Source: Clostridia bacterium
GTDB taxonomy: Bacteria > Bacillota > Clostridia > RUG12999
Direction: 5' to 3'
Assembly: GCA_017467445.1 (NCBI GenBank)
Contig: JAFTSG010000003.1
Coordinates: 75,753-139,752, forward strand
DNA length: 64,000 nt
Shown here: piece by piece, positions 46,553 to 57,401 of the stretch
Position numbering within the stretch: position 1 is the first letter of the stretch
How the letters are laid out: each line of letters opens with the position of its first letter
Notes under the pieces: generated by a model
Databases searched by the model: none
What the model saw: the letters and a program-made list of their open reading frames with translations, nothing else
What the model was told of the DNA's origin: nothing
Made by a program: the position numbers and the translations under genes

Positions 46553-47593
46553 TTATAAGCTAAGTTCGTTTCGTATATATGAAAGTTCAAGTAACTTTTC
46601 TTTTACCTGCTGTACTGTAAGCAGGTCTGTATTGTTGGAATTGAATTCTGAGAGATTAACTCGTTCAACGTTACCGTCTTTAAAATATTTATCGTAATTA
46701 AGGTCACGTTTATCTGCGGGTACACGGTAGAAATTACCCATATCAATTGCGCCGGCACATTCTTCATTTGTAAGAAGTGTTTCGTACATTTTTTCGCCGT
46801 GACGGATACCGATTACCTTAATTTCGGATTTATTTTCTTTATCAAACAGTTCTTTTACTGCTTTTGCAAGCACTTCAATTGTGCAGGCAGGAGCTTTTTG
46901 CACCATAATATCGCCGTTTTCGGCATTTGCAAATGCAAAGAGTACAAGGTCAACCGCTTCTTCAAGTGACATAATAAATCTTGTCATTGAACTTTCTGTT
47001 ACGGTAATGGGTTTTCCTGCTCTTATCTGTTCAATCCAAAGCGGAATCACACTGCCGCGACTGCACATTACGTTGCCGTAGCGTGTGCAGCTGATTGTGG
47101 TTTTTTTCGGGTCAACATTTCGGGATTTTGCAACAACAACCTTTTCCATCATTGCTTTTGATGTTCCCATTGCATTTACAGGATATGCAGCTTTGTCTGT
47201 TGAAAGACATACCACGTTTCTAACCCCCGCTTCAATTGCCGCAGTAAGCACGTTTTCTGTTCCAAGAACGTTGGTTTTTACCGCTTCAATCGGGAAAAAT
47301 TCACAAGATGGCACCTGCTTTAAAGCTGCCGCATGAAATATATAGTCCACCCCGTGCATTGCATTTTTTACGCTTGCAAGGTCACGCACGTCACCAATAA
47401 AAAACTTGATTTTACCTGCTGCCCCCGGCATTTTCTGCTGAAATTCATGACGCATATCGTCCTGTTTTTTCTCATCACGGGAGAAAATGCGGATTTCGCC
47501 TATATCTGTTTCTAAAAAACGGTTTAACACCGCATTACCAAAACTTCCTGTTCCGCCCGTTATAAGTAATGTTTTATCTTTGAATATACTCAC
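46553..47593 (-). CDS. fnlA: UDP-GlcNAc 4,6-dehydratase/5-epimerase (FnlA/CapE-like)
   Basis: 346 aa. KTLLITGGTGSFGNAVLNRFL...EIRIFSRDEKKQDDMR...STDKAAYPVNAMGTSKAMMEK. Confidence 0.9.
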   Translation of the reverse strand: MSIFKDKTLLITGGTGSFGNAVLNRFLETDIGEIRIFSRDEKKQDDMRHEFQQKMPGAAGKIKFFIGDVRDLASVKNAMHGVDYIFHAAALKQVPSCEFFPIEAVKTNVLGTENVLTAAIEAGVRNVVCLSTDKAAYPVNAMGTSKAMMEKVVVAKSRNVDPKKTTISCTRYGNVMCSRGSVIPLWIEQIRAGKPITVTESSMTRFIMSLEEAVDLVLFAFANAENGDIMVQKAPACTIEVLAKAVKELFDKENKSEIKVIGIRHGEKMYETLLTNEECAGAIDMGNFYRVPADKRDLNYDKYFKDGNVERVNLSEFNSNNTDLLTVQQVKEKLLELSYIRNELSL

Positions 47594-47608
47594 TTCAGTT
47601 CCTCCTAA

Positions 47609-48316
47609 TTATTTAAGCCAATCGTATTTTTCCGAATTTAAAAGAGCCTTGAAAATCTCTATATCCTCCGTAGTAGTGATTTTTATTTGCCTTGCACTTC
47701 CTTTGGATAAGCCTATTTTATATCCGCTATCTATTAACATATCCGGCAAGGTATTCACTCTATCATCATCGACATATTTTTCGTACATATTTAAACACAA
47801 ATCATATGGAGCTGTATCTGGTCCCATTCCCCTGAACACTTCTTCTCTGTCTGCCGTTTCCGTGATTAATGTGCTTCCTTTTCTTGAAATATACATCGAA
47901 TCGTAGGATGGCAAAACTCCACATGCACTTCCGTATTCCCTGCATTTTGCTATGGCATCATCCACAATATCTTCGGAAATCAAAGGTCTGTTTGCATCTG
48001 TGATAAGAACAATATCATCTGCACTAACAAAAGGCTTCATATCTATTAAGGCATTATATAATGTTTCCTTCCTGCTGTCTCCACCAATAGCAATAAGCAT
48101 CAGCTTAGTAATATTAAACTGCTTTGCATATGCTTCCACAGCCATTTCCCATCCTTTTAAACATGCAACCACTATTTTATCTATGCTTTTACAAGCCTCC
48201 AGTCTTTTCATAGTATGAATGATAATAGGCATATTATCAACACAAATGAATTGTTTAGGTATGTCTTGTCCGGTTCGGGTTCCTGTTCCGCCCGCAGCAA
48301 GTAGTACAACATTCAT
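47609..48316 (-). CDS. IspD/TarI-family cytidylyltransferase
   Basis: 235 aa. MNVVLLAAGGTGTRTGQDIPKQF N-terminal nucleotide-binding signature. Confidence 0.8.
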   Translation of the reverse strand: MNVVLLAAGGTGTRTGQDIPKQFICVDNMPIIIHTMKRLEACKSIDKIVVACLKGWEMAVEAYAKQFNITKLMLIAIGGDSRKETLYNALIDMKPFVSADDIVLITDANRPLISEDIVDDAIAKCREYGSACGVLPSYDSMYISRKGSTLITETADREEVFRGMGPDTAPYDLCLNMYEKYVDDDRVNTLPDMLIDSGYKIGLSKGSARQIKITTTEDIEIFKALLNSEKYDWLK

Positions 48317-48318
48317 AA

Positions 48319-49170
48319 TTATGCCTCCTTTTGATAAACTTTGTAGTTATGATGTGTTATGCGTTTTTCCTCAGGTGGAAGGGTCATATAATCGCCATAG
48401 CACTTTGTCAAAACCTCATGGTAACCATCCGGAATATAAAATTCATATTCTTCAAACTTATGCAAGCTTCTGTTTGCGAACAGTTCTCCGTTCATAACCA
48501 ATGGCATTTTTATATTTGCATCCGCATATAACATTACATTCTCCGTACTTCCACCAGCATACTTTTGTGCCATATCATTTAGTTTCCTGCAAACATCATT
48601 TGTTTTTTTTCTAAAAATTAATAAATATGGACTCAACAGCAATAAATAAGAATTTAACAGCATTCGTTTAATCCATGTCCCTGCTGCATTGTATTTTCTT
48701 TTTGAAAGCTTTATTTCCTCAAGCAATCTTTTTCTTTTTTTGCATGATTTCAACATTTCATCAATATTTTCTACAAAATCAAGCATAAAAATATCAACAT
48801 CTACTCCAATACAGTAGTCCCCATCATACCTAATCTCTTCTTTTTTTATAGTATTCTTATCAAACACTTTTGCATATGGGAAAGGATGAAGATCATTTGT
48901 CTCACACGAAAAAACTCCTGCATTTTCAGTATTAAAGCTCTCAACAAAAATTTTATAATCTTCTCGCGGCATTATTATATCAATATCATCGTCCCACGGA
49001 ATAAAACCATCGTGCCTTACTGCGCCCAAAAGAGTTCCACCCCAAAGATAATATTTTATTCCTTTTTCCTCGCAGAAGTCATGTATTTTCTTCATTAATT
49101 GGAGCTCAATTTTTTTGATTTCAGTCACGTCAAGAGTAACGATTTCTGTTTTCCCTTTCTTTTTCAACAC
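48319..49170 (-). CDS. licD: LicD-family phosphotransferase
   Basis: 283 aa. YYLWGGTLLGAVRHDGFIPWDDDIDIIMPREDY signature. GTG start. Confidence 0.85.
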   Translation of the reverse strand: MLKKKGKTEIVTLDVTEIKKIELQLMKKIHDFCEEKGIKYYLWGGTLLGAVRHDGFIPWDDDIDIIMPREDYKIFVESFNTENAGVFSCETNDLHPFPYAKVFDKNTIKKEEIRYDGDYCIGVDVDIFMLDFVENIDEMLKSCKKRKRLLEEIKLSKRKYNAAGTWIKRMLLNSYLLLLSPYLLIFRKKTNDVCRKLNDMAQKYAGGSTENVMLYADANIKMPLVMNGELFANRSLHKFEEYEFYIPDGYHEVLTKCYGDYMTLPPEEKRITHHNYKVYQKEA

Positions 49171-49224
49171 TTGTTTACCAACTCATTTCTTTTTGGTTTA
49201 CATCAAATTCACCTTTTGTTAACT

Positions 49225-50517
49225 TCACTTTTTTAAGTATTTTAAAAAAGAATACAAATATTTTAGGTGCAACCCTTTTAACATCAATTTGTTATTATAG
49301 CTTATTGGACGTATTATATATCCAATAATTACATTGGTAAATATTTGAGTTATCAGTGATGCAAATGCCGCCCCGTTTATCCCCCAACATGGTATACAAA
49401 TATAGTTTAACAGAATATTTGCAAGCGCCCCCGCGAGATTGATTATCCATAAATATTTATGTTTACTTTCTGCCAAAATCCATATATTACGGACAGAGCC
49501 TAAATACGCAAAAGTAGTATACCATACTATAATTTGCAGGGCACTGCTTGCCGGTGCATATTGTGATCCGTACAAAATATATATTATTTCATTCGAAAAA
49601 ATCGCCATAAACAAACTTTGAAACAATGATAAATATAATATTATCGAATATAGCCTTGATATATTCGTTTCATATATCTCTTTATCTTGTTTTTTTGTTT
49701 CAAAGATAGCCGGTCTGAAAGAATCTATTATTGCTGCAAAAACAAATGCAGTTATTCCGGCACAAGTAACTGCCGCCGAATAATATCCAACTGCTTCTTC
49801 TGATAACATCAGTTTTAACATAATTTTATCAGTTTGCGCAAAAATTGTAACCATAAGGCTTGATACAATGTAATATCTGGATTTTGAAAAAATCCTTTTT
49901 GCTGTCCCCAAAGAAAATTCAAATTTTGGTCCGTTTAATTTACTATAAACTATGTATAATATTGCAGCTATTACCAAAAAGTCAATCATTTGCGACAAAG
50001 CAAACATATACACACTCTTTCTCGAAAAAAGCAAATACAGTCTGTAGACAGCTACACAAATATATGCTATCAAAGATGCCACAGATGCATATTTTGATAT
50101 TAACTTAGCCTGAAACCAATATTGAATTAAATCCACACTTTGAAAAAGCATCAACAGACTGTAAAGTAAACAAACTACAATCGTTTCTGTTTCGCCCGCA
50201 TTTACTATCGAGGTAAATGCGAACACCCCTGCAATACACGCTATGGCCGAAAAAAAACTTAAGGTTACAGATGTTCCAATAATTTTCCCTTCATCATCAG
50301 GATTGTTTATTATTTCCTGAACGAGTATATTATTTATTCCCAAATACATTATTGGCACAGCAAAGGCTACAATTGATGCTGCATAGTTTATTACCCCGTA
50401 ATTGGATGGACCAAGGTACCTTGCAGACATCATTCCTATAACTAAGGAAATAATTGATTGGACTATTCTGCATAATATAATCCATATTGCATTTTGCGCA
50501 ATCTTTCTACCATTCAA
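49225..50517 (-). CDS. wzx: Wzx-type flippase (MOP superfamily)
   Basis: 430-aa ORF with about 12 TM segments. TTG start abutting the upstream stop. Confidence 0.75.
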   Translation of the reverse strand: MNGRKIAQNAIWIILCRIVQSIISLVIGMMSARYLGPSNYGVINYAASIVAFAVPIMYLGINNILVQEIINNPDDEGKIIGTSVTLSFFSAIACIAGVFAFTSIVNAGETETIVVCLLYSLLMLFQSVDLIQYWFQAKLISKYASVASLIAYICVAVYRLYLLFSRKSVYMFALSQMIDFLVIAAILYIVYSKLNGPKFEFSLGTAKRIFSKSRYYIVSSLMVTIFAQTDKIMLKLMLSEEAVGYYSAAVTCAGITAFVFAAIIDSFRPAIFETKKQDKEIYETNISRLYSIILYLSLFQSLFMAIFSNEIIYILYGSQYAPASSALQIIVWYTTFAYLGSVRNIWILAESKHKYLWIINLAGALANILLNYICIPCWGINGAAFASLITQIFTNVIIGYIIRPISYNNKLMLKGLHLKYLYSFLKYLKK

Positions 50518-51759
50518 CTAATATTTCTCCTCCATTTTGCCAATTTCTTCATATATTTTTATCATTGTCTTAAGATTATTTTCTCTGTTATGAGTTGCAC
50601 TTGCATGTTTTTTTGCATTTTTAGAGAACATCTTCGCAAGCTCATCTGATTCAAAAATTTTGATAACGCAATCCGCAAGCATATACGGAGCGTCAGCCTG
50701 ATATATAAACCCGTCTACATTGTGATTGAACAAGACTTTTATTCCACCTACATCCGATGTTACTGTAGGTACACCCAGTATCATAGCTTCTCCAACAGAG
50801 TTTGGCGAGTTTTCTATTGACGACGGTGATACAAAAACATGTGATTTCAAATAACGCTGGCACATTTTATTTTCATCAAGCGCTCCCAAAAATTCAACAT
50901 TTTGTTCAAGCTTATATTTTTTAATTAACTTTCTAAGGTATTGCTCATATTTCGTGAGTTTGAAGCTTCCTTTGAGTCCTTTTTCATTGATAACATTTCT
51001 GCCTGTTGTATAAAGTTTTGCATCCGGATAAAACTTTAAAATTAAAGGCATTGCTTCCAGTATTCGGTGAAACCCTTTTATTGGATAGTTACACTGACTT
51101 ACAAATATTGAATGTTTCTCACAATTATCAAGACCCCATTCATTTTCATAAAAAGCTCCGCGCAATGTTTCGTTACAGAAATGATATGTTGCTTCAGGAT
51201 TAATTTGTCTTGTGCAAGCATAGTCCCAGTCTGTACGTCCGATTATATGGTTTGTATTTCTTATTGCCTGTTTTTCAAACGCACCCTTTTGTTCATAAGC
51301 ACGTTTGCCTTTACTGATATTTGACCTCTTAATAAAATCTCTTAAAGAATATCCTTTTTCAACGGATTTGGGTATACCGTTGATATAGTGCTGTGAATAA
51401 ACAGATACAAGTCCCTGTATGCTTATAACAACCTTTTCCCTTATTCCCAGTTCAATACAAAGGTCTGTTACATCTGCCGAATGTTTATGCTCCGTACCAA
51501 AAATATGTACTACATCCGCACCGCTTTTTTCAATAGCTGTTTTGAGATCCTCTTTTGATGCAAAACCAAAATATCTGAGGCCTTCCGCTTCGCCTTCTAC
51601 AAAATTACCGAACGGGAAACATACATAAAGTTCTATATTTTCAACTGTTGTAATGTCATTGGCCAGACCTGCCATCCAGCCACCGCCAAAAGGAACGGCT
51701 TTGTTTAAGTCCTTCGCAATCTGAGGTAACATTACGTTACATATCCACAGTACCTTCAT
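50518..51759 (-). CDS. glycosyltransferase family 4 (GT-B)
   Basis: 413 aa. C-terminal SSIENSPNSVGEAMILGVPTVTSDVGG (E-x7-E region). Confidence 0.8.
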   Translation of the reverse strand: MKVLWICNVMLPQIAKDLNKAVPFGGGWMAGLANDITTVENIELYVCFPFGNFVEGEAEGLRYFGFASKEDLKTAIEKSGADVVHIFGTEHKHSADVTDLCIELGIREKVVISIQGLVSVYSQHYINGIPKSVEKGYSLRDFIKRSNISKGKRAYEQKGAFEKQAIRNTNHIIGRTDWDYACTRQINPEATYHFCNETLRGAFYENEWGLDNCEKHSIFVSQCNYPIKGFHRILEAMPLILKFYPDAKLYTTGRNVINEKGLKGSFKLTKYEQYLRKLIKKYKLEQNVEFLGALDENKMCQRYLKSHVFVSPSSIENSPNSVGEAMILGVPTVTSDVGGIKVLFNHNVDGFIYQADAPYMLADCVIKIFESDELAKMFSKNAKKHASATHNRENNLKTMIKIYEEIGKMEEKY

Positions 51760-53194
51760 CGTTAATTCCTCCGTATTTTTTTAATCTGATTTTACCAAGC
51801 AACAATATTACCATAACCAAAGTCCAGTTCCATACCGAAATCCAGACAGGCAGAAAATTGAGAGCAAAGTTTCTTGCTATACCTAAAAAACTATAAATCA
51901 TATATATGATAAATACATTCAAATACCATTTTTTAAAGTATACAAACTTACATTTTGAGATTAAAAATCCCAGAATAAAATTAAATACTGCTACGCCAAC
52001 ATATCCGAAATCCGCGTATGCTTCTGCTATATACTGTGTGCCAAGCCCTATACCTGACAAAAAACGTTGAGGCATAACCAAATATGTAATTGTTGCACCG
52101 AGATTGTTTCCGTAAAGTGCATCACCTATTGTATTCTTAGCATATTCAATAAATTCCTGATTGAATATGCCGCCTATTATCTTTCCTAAGAAACCGTGTT
52201 TATAAAGTGAAATAATCGGACCGAAGAAGTAGGATGTATTTGTTTTCGGAAGCATTTCATGAAAGACTTTTTCATAAGCTATTACGTTAATACTTCCACC
52301 CTGCGTGGTAAAGAAATTTAAAAATTCTGTCCAGAATCCCGTATAATTTGCCGTTAACCCGCTTCTCCATGAATTATAGAGACTTAAAAATACAATTGCA
52401 AGAGGAGCTGCTATACAAATTATTATAATGTGTTTTCTTTTAACCCACGGTTCTTCGTCCGTTGTATTTCTGAATAAGCAGTATATTATTAAAAGAATAG
52501 TAACCTTAACTGCTGTTCCTCGTATACCTGTAAACAATGACAAAACACCTATAACAAAATAAATTATTAACGGAAGTTTTGCCTTTTTCTTATCCGGCAG
52601 CATTGTCATAAATGCATACAGCATAAAATCGTTACATTCTGCTAATTTATATACCATTCCGGGTAGGGTATTGCTGTATGTACGGTAAAGTTCTATATAT
52701 GTAGACGCCTGTACAAAAAACACTTTTTCCAATACAACTGCCATATTAAATACAACTGTAATATAAAACAAAACAAGAATAGCATTTTCATATTTCTTAT
52801 TTTCCTGTTTGTATAGCTCTATATCAACCATGGTGTTTTCTTTCGATTTTAAGTTGCCGCACAGTACACCCAAAAAAATTGCAAACAGGCTTAAATAAAC
52901 ACATACCAGAACATGTTGAATAACCTTGTTATCAAATATCTGTTTCCATTCCTGCCCCGTCAGGTATTTTATTCCCCATTCACCCAGGATAAACGTAAAA
53001 AAACATACAAGAAATGCTGTGAAAACGATATTCTTTTTTCCTTCGAAAAGGCTATATAAAAATACGCTTGCAAACAGCACAAGAACAGATGCCATAAGCA
53101 CATCTACATCTTTTACACCTAATCCCAATATTAATAAAATCAATGATATAATCATTGCAAATATTGCTATCGACATTTTACCAATTCTTATCAT
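51737..53194 (-). CDS. wzy: Wzy-like polysaccharide polymerase (polytopic membrane protein)
   Basis: 485-aa ORF with more than 10 TM segments, located between GT genes. Assignment is by context and topology only. Confidence 0.55.
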   Translation of the reverse strand: MIRIGKMSIAIFAMIISLILLILGLGVKDVDVLMASVLVLFASVFLYSLFEGKKNIVFTAFLVCFFTFILGEWGIKYLTGQEWKQIFDNKVIQHVLVCVYLSLFAIFLGVLCGNLKSKENTMVDIELYKQENKKYENAILVLFYITVVFNMAVVLEKVFFVQASTYIELYRTYSNTLPGMVYKLAECNDFMLYAFMTMLPDKKKAKLPLIIYFVIGVLSLFTGIRGTAVKVTILLIIYCLFRNTTDEEPWVKRKHIIIICIAAPLAIVFLSLYNSWRSGLTANYTGFWTEFLNFFTTQGGSINVIAYEKVFHEMLPKTNTSYFFGPIISLYKHGFLGKIIGGIFNQEFIEYAKNTIGDALYGNNLGATITYLVMPQRFLSGIGLGTQYIAEAYADFGYVGVAVFNFILGFLISKCKFVYFKKWYLNVFIIYMIYSFLGIARNFALNFLPVWISVWNWTLVMVILLLGKIRLKKYGGINDEGTVDM

Positions 53195-54356
53195 TAAAAA
53201 CCATCCTAATTATTTTTTCTGTCTGTTTAATACTGCTTTTTTCTTCCAGCACCCATTGTTTTGCTTCTTCAGCCAATTTCGTAAGTTCCTGTTCCGGTTT
53301 TTCAAGCAAAACTTCAAGGGACTTTTTAATGTCTTCCGGTTCGTTTCCGGTTATATAATTCAGATATTTATCATATTCGCCCGGTACACCGTCAAGTTTA
53401 TACATCAAAACCGGTTTTCCGGCAACTAAATATTCCATTGTTTTTGAAGGAAACGAATATTTTGTATATTCACCTTCGTTTTTGCGGGGATTAACCAACA
53501 CTGTCGCCTGCTGCTGCAGTTCATTCACTCGTTGCTTTGAACAAAAGCCAAAAAACTTAATTCTTTTATCTTTTTCGGCAAGCTCCTTTATCTCCTCTTC
53601 TGCATCTCCGCGTCCACAAAGCCAAAGTTCATAATCTTCATTAGTTGTCATGCAAAATCCGTCCAGCAACGTTTTAATACCAAATACATAGCGCAAGGAC
53701 CCTGCATAAAAAACCACTTTTTTATTTAGTGATTTATTAAAAGATTCCTCTAACCCATTTGCAATACCTTCAACCACCGTATATGGACGTTCTCCAACCT
53801 GCAACGGATATTTCATTTGTTCTGTCAAAAGAACAAACTTATCTACACGATTGAGTGTTTTATATATTTGTTTATTATTTTGCTTTCTTAAAAACCTTTT
53901 CAATGACGAAATTTTCCCAAAATCATAAAATTCCGGCAAGTCTGCAACAACAAGAGTTATATTATAAGATTTATCAAGTTTTTCTATCGCCTTTAAAAAC
54001 GGCAAATAGGTTGAATATACAATAATGTTCTTATCCTCTGTTTTTTTTAGAAGTTTTTTTATTTTTTGTTTTCTTGAAAACTGTTTTAAAAACGGAATAT
54101 TAATACTTCCTACTTCAATATTTGAAGAACCGTTGTACTGCCATTTTTTTGTTTTAAGAAAAAGTTGTTTATACTGAAAAGGATACACACCTATCGGCAA
54201 AACATTTATTATATCTACAGGCTTTTCAAGATTGGCATTAAACCCGTCAATTAAATTCCACTGAAAAGTATTTACTGCATTTGAAACGCCTAATTTACTT
54301 TTGTTTAAAATACTTTCTTCATTCTTTTTATCGAACAGACATCCTAAAAAAATCAA
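53178..54356 (-). CDS. glycosyltransferase (GT-B, GT4-like)
   Basis: 392 aa. C-terminal VNPRKNEGEYTKYSFPSKTMEYLVAGKPV block. Confidence 0.7.
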   Translation of the reverse strand: MIFLGCLFDKKNEESILNKSKLGVSNAVNTFQWNLIDGFNANLEKPVDIINVLPIGVYPFQYKQLFLKTKKWQYNGSSNIEVGSINIPFLKQFSRKQKIKKLLKKTEDKNIIVYSTYLPFLKAIEKLDKSYNITLVVADLPEFYDFGKISSLKRFLRKQNNKQIYKTLNRVDKFVLLTEQMKYPLQVGERPYTVVEGIANGLEESFNKSLNKKVVFYAGSLRYVFGIKTLLDGFCMTTNEDYELWLCGRGDAEEEIKELAEKDKRIKFFGFCSKQRVNELQQQATVLVNPRKNEGEYTKYSFPSKTMEYLVAGKPVLMYKLDGVPGEYDKYLNYITGNEPEDIKKSLEVLLEKPEQELTKLAEEAKQWVLEEKSSIKQTEKIIRMVFNDKNW

Positions 54357-54368
54357 GCAATGTCCCTC

Positions 54369-55565
54369 CTATTCTGCATACAGACATATATACTCCATAA
54401 ACTTATCCGTTTTATCAAAAGTTTTTGCATATGCTATGCAATCTTCTGCTGGAAATATATTTTCTTCGCATACTTTTTGTACCGCTGTCCAAAGGGCATC
54501 CGGCGTTTTTTGTTCCGTAACAATACCACATGTTTCATTAATTCCTTCCGGACTTCCACCCGTATTATATGTAATTACAGGTGTGCCACAGGCAATTGAT
54601 TCCAGATTTACTGTCGGGAAATTATCTTCGTATGTCGGATTTGCAAATACATCCGCCGAAGTATAAATTTCAGCAAGTTCTTTTACACTGTTTGTTCTTG
54701 ATATCGGCAAAATGTTTTCAGGCAAATCCGCCATTTTATTTTCGGGAATACCGACAAGCACTATTTTATACTCATCATTTATCATTTCTGACAATTTCAG
54801 AAAATCAGCAAGTCCTTTTCTCTCGTCCCATATTGCCGCAACACCAAGAATAATTTTCTTGTTTTCTATATTATTGTTCTTTTTGAAATCACTTGGTATT
54901 GGTTTAAAGGAATTCAAATCAATTCCGTTATTAATTACCTTGACGGGATATTTCCCAAGGTATGACGTTTTCATTATATCAGCAAGCCATTTTGAAGGAG
55001 TTACAATTGTCAAATCTTTTACTCTTGTAAAAAGTTCTTTTTTTCTTATCCAGTGTGATTTTGAATTGTCACACACATAACTAGTGGGATATTTATTTTT
55101 TTGCGGGCAGTTGTTGCAGCCCGTTTCCCATTTGTTGCAATTTGCCATATCAAAATATGCACAGTGTCCGGTAATTGCCCAGCAGTCATGCATTGTCCAT
55201 ATTACTTTCTTATTTGTTTTTGCAAGATAATCAAAAAGTATTTCTATGTTCAGATAATATCCATGAATGTTATGCAGATGAATTACGTCCGGATTATATT
55301 CTTCAATTTGGTTTATAAATCTTTTTGTTGCAGTTTTGGAATAAAATCCTGTTTTATCCGTAACACGACTTAAAAGAGCATGCATTTTTACACCCAAATC
55401 CGTGCCGATTTGTATTACATCCTCTTTTTCAATATTGTGCGGAAGTTCACGTCCGTAAGCTACTTTACAGTCGTGTCCCTGTTGCATAAGAATATTATAT
55501 ATATCCGTTGCAATTCTGCCTGTGCTTCTTATCCCGCACACACTGTTAATCTGCAAAACTTTCAT
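54369..55565 (-). CDS. glycosyltransferase family 4
   Basis: 398 aa. MKVLQINSVCGIRSTGRI N-terminus, ANPTYEDNFPTVNLESIACGTPVITYNTGG. Confidence 0.8.
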   Translation of the reverse strand: MKVLQINSVCGIRSTGRIATDIYNILMQQGHDCKVAYGRELPHNIEKEDVIQIGTDLGVKMHALLSRVTDKTGFYSKTATKRFINQIEEYNPDVIHLHNIHGYYLNIEILFDYLAKTNKKVIWTMHDCWAITGHCAYFDMANCNKWETGCNNCPQKNKYPTSYVCDNSKSHWIRKKELFTRVKDLTIVTPSKWLADIMKTSYLGKYPVKVINNGIDLNSFKPIPSDFKKNNNIENKKIILGVAAIWDERKGLADFLKLSEMINDEYKIVLVGIPENKMADLPENILPISRTNSVKELAEIYTSADVFANPTYEDNFPTVNLESIACGTPVITYNTGGSPEGINETCGIVTEQKTPDALWTAVQKVCEENIFPAEDCIAYAKTFDKTDKFMEYICLYAE

Positions 55566-55567
55566 TT

Positions 55568-56761
55568 TTACGCCTCCATAATTATCTCGTAACTACGCCT
55601 TGCCGAATAGTTTTCAGCCAGACAGCGTTTTGCGTTTTCTCCCATTTTTTTCAAGTCAGCTGCACATGCAGCATCACATACATTTGTAAAATCGTCCGCA
55701 CGAGCTGATTCGCACCACCACCCAAAACCACCGTCAACAATTACTTTGCCGATATCGGTAGCCTTATCCGTACAAGCAATAACCGGCATTTCGTTTTGCA
55801 TATACGAGAGTATTCTTGATGGGAAGTTCGGAATGGTGAACCTGCGGTCAAGGAAAATAAGTCCTACATCTGCCGATGCCACAAAGATTTCATATTCTTC
55901 CGGCGGAAGACCGTTTATAAGAAGCACATTTTTCGGGTTTTCATTGTCCACATATGCTTTTAATTTTGAATATTCCGTGCCCATACCACAGATAACAAAA
56001 AATCTGTCATCTTTGTTTTCGTTTGCTTTAAGACACTCAATTATAAACGGTATATCCTGCGGCCGACCAAGGTTACCGCCATAGATAAACACTTTTTTAT
56101 CCGTTGGCACACCGTATTTTTTTCTTATGTTTTCTTTAGTTTCTACATCTATATTTTTATCAAGAAATTCCACACTGTTAGGTGAAATATGTACTTTTTT
56201 TGCATCAATATACGAATTATGTTTAACCACAAAATCCACATTTGCCTGCGACATACACCCTATGCTGTCTGACAGTTTATAAAGAGATTTCTCTTTAATT
56301 CTGAAAAACTTATATATCGGGCTTTGTTTTGAAAACATTCCAAGGTCAACTGCGTTCTGCGGAAAAATATCTTTAAGAAGAAGATATGTTTTTGCACCGT
56401 CTCTTTTTTTGACAAACTTTATAACGCTTGCAAACGTAATCGGCGGAGTAGAATACATTACCATATCAAACTTAATATCACTAAAATATTTCTTTATTGC
56501 TGCTTTCATCTGGGGTTCCAACAATACTGTTGAAATACCCTTTTCAATAATATTTGTTTTTTGTATATTCCCTATTTTCAGCTTTAATATTTTAGCATTT
56601 CCTTCTTGCACCAGTTTTGTTTCTTCCCCATGCCTGCGCTCTGTCGGTGAAATAACAACCACATTATGCCCTTCTTTTACAAAGACACGAAGTAAATCCG
56701 TATAAATATTCTTTTCATCCATTGTTTTAAAATCAAACAAAGTTAAAAAAAGTAAATTCAT
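55568..56761 (-). CDS. glycosyltransferase family 4, WbuB-like (candidate L-FucNAc transferase)
   Basis: 397 aa. MNLLFLTLFDF...NIYTDLLRVFVKEGHNVVVISPTERR resembles the WbuB family as I recall it. The fnlABC context supports this. Confidence 0.7.
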   Translation of the reverse strand: MNLLFLTLFDFKTMDEKNIYTDLLRVFVKEGHNVVVISPTERRHGEETKLVQEGNAKILKLKIGNIQKTNIIEKGISTVLLEPQMKAAIKKYFSDIKFDMVMYSTPPITFASVIKFVKKRDGAKTYLLLKDIFPQNAVDLGMFSKQSPIYKFFRIKEKSLYKLSDSIGCMSQANVDFVVKHNSYIDAKKVHISPNSVEFLDKNIDVETKENIRKKYGVPTDKKVFIYGGNLGRPQDIPFIIECLKANENKDDRFFVICGMGTEYSKLKAYVDNENPKNVLLINGLPPEEYEIFVASADVGLIFLDRRFTIPNFPSRILSYMQNEMPVIACTDKATDIGKVIVDGGFGWWCESARADDFTNVCDAACAADLKKMGENAKRCLAENYSARRSYEIIMEA

Positions 56762-56770
56762 ATTTTCTCC

Positions 56771-57400
56771 TCATTTATTATAAATGCCGTCTTTATTGGC
56801 AAAATGAATTGATTTCATACCAAGTTTTTGCGGAGCAATAAAATCCTTTCGGGGATTATCGCCAATATATACCATTTCTCCAAAAGGAACACCAAAATGT
56901 TCCTGCATCATAACAAAAGCTTTTTCGTTTGGTTTTCTGAAGCTGATTCCGCCAAGCTCGTCCGTTATAATGATATAATCAATATATTTTTCAATTTCAA
57001 GTGCCTTTATTTTTGCACATTGTCCTTCTACTCTTCCATCCGTTATAATTCCTAACGGCACACCTTTATTTTTAAGGTTTATGAGCAATTGCTTTGCATC
57101 TTCGTAAAGAGATATTTCCGGCACCTGAAACCTGTATATATTCAAACATTCCTGTTTTTTTTCTTCGCTGAAAACACCTTCATTTTTCAGAACGTCATCT
57201 ATTGCTGCTCCACCGTTTTCAAAAACATGCCACAGTTTTTCTGACATATTTTCAATTTCCGGTGTTTGTTTTGCAATTGCCCTGTATCCGCTTCTTACAT
57301 ATTCTTTTTCCGGATACAACGTATCATCCAAATCAAAGATTACAACTGCTACATTTTGAAGTAACGGTTCAATTTCCGTTAGTTTATTTACCGTAATCAT
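56771..57400 (-). CDS. HAD-superfamily hydrolase
   Basis: 209 aa. Motif I VVIFDLDDTLY, plus GIITDG and YIGDNPRKD motifs. Confidence 0.8.
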   Translation of the reverse strand: MITVNKLTEIEPLLQNVAVVIFDLDDTLYPEKEYVRSGYRAIAKQTPEIENMSEKLWHVFENGGAAIDDVLKNEGVFSEEKKQECLNIYRFQVPEISLYEDAKQLLINLKNKGVPLGIITDGRVEGQCAKIKALEIEKYIDYIIITDELGGISFRKPNEKAFVMMQEHFGVPFGEMVYIGDNPRKDFIAPQKLGMKSIHFANKDGIYNK

Positions 57401-57401
57401 T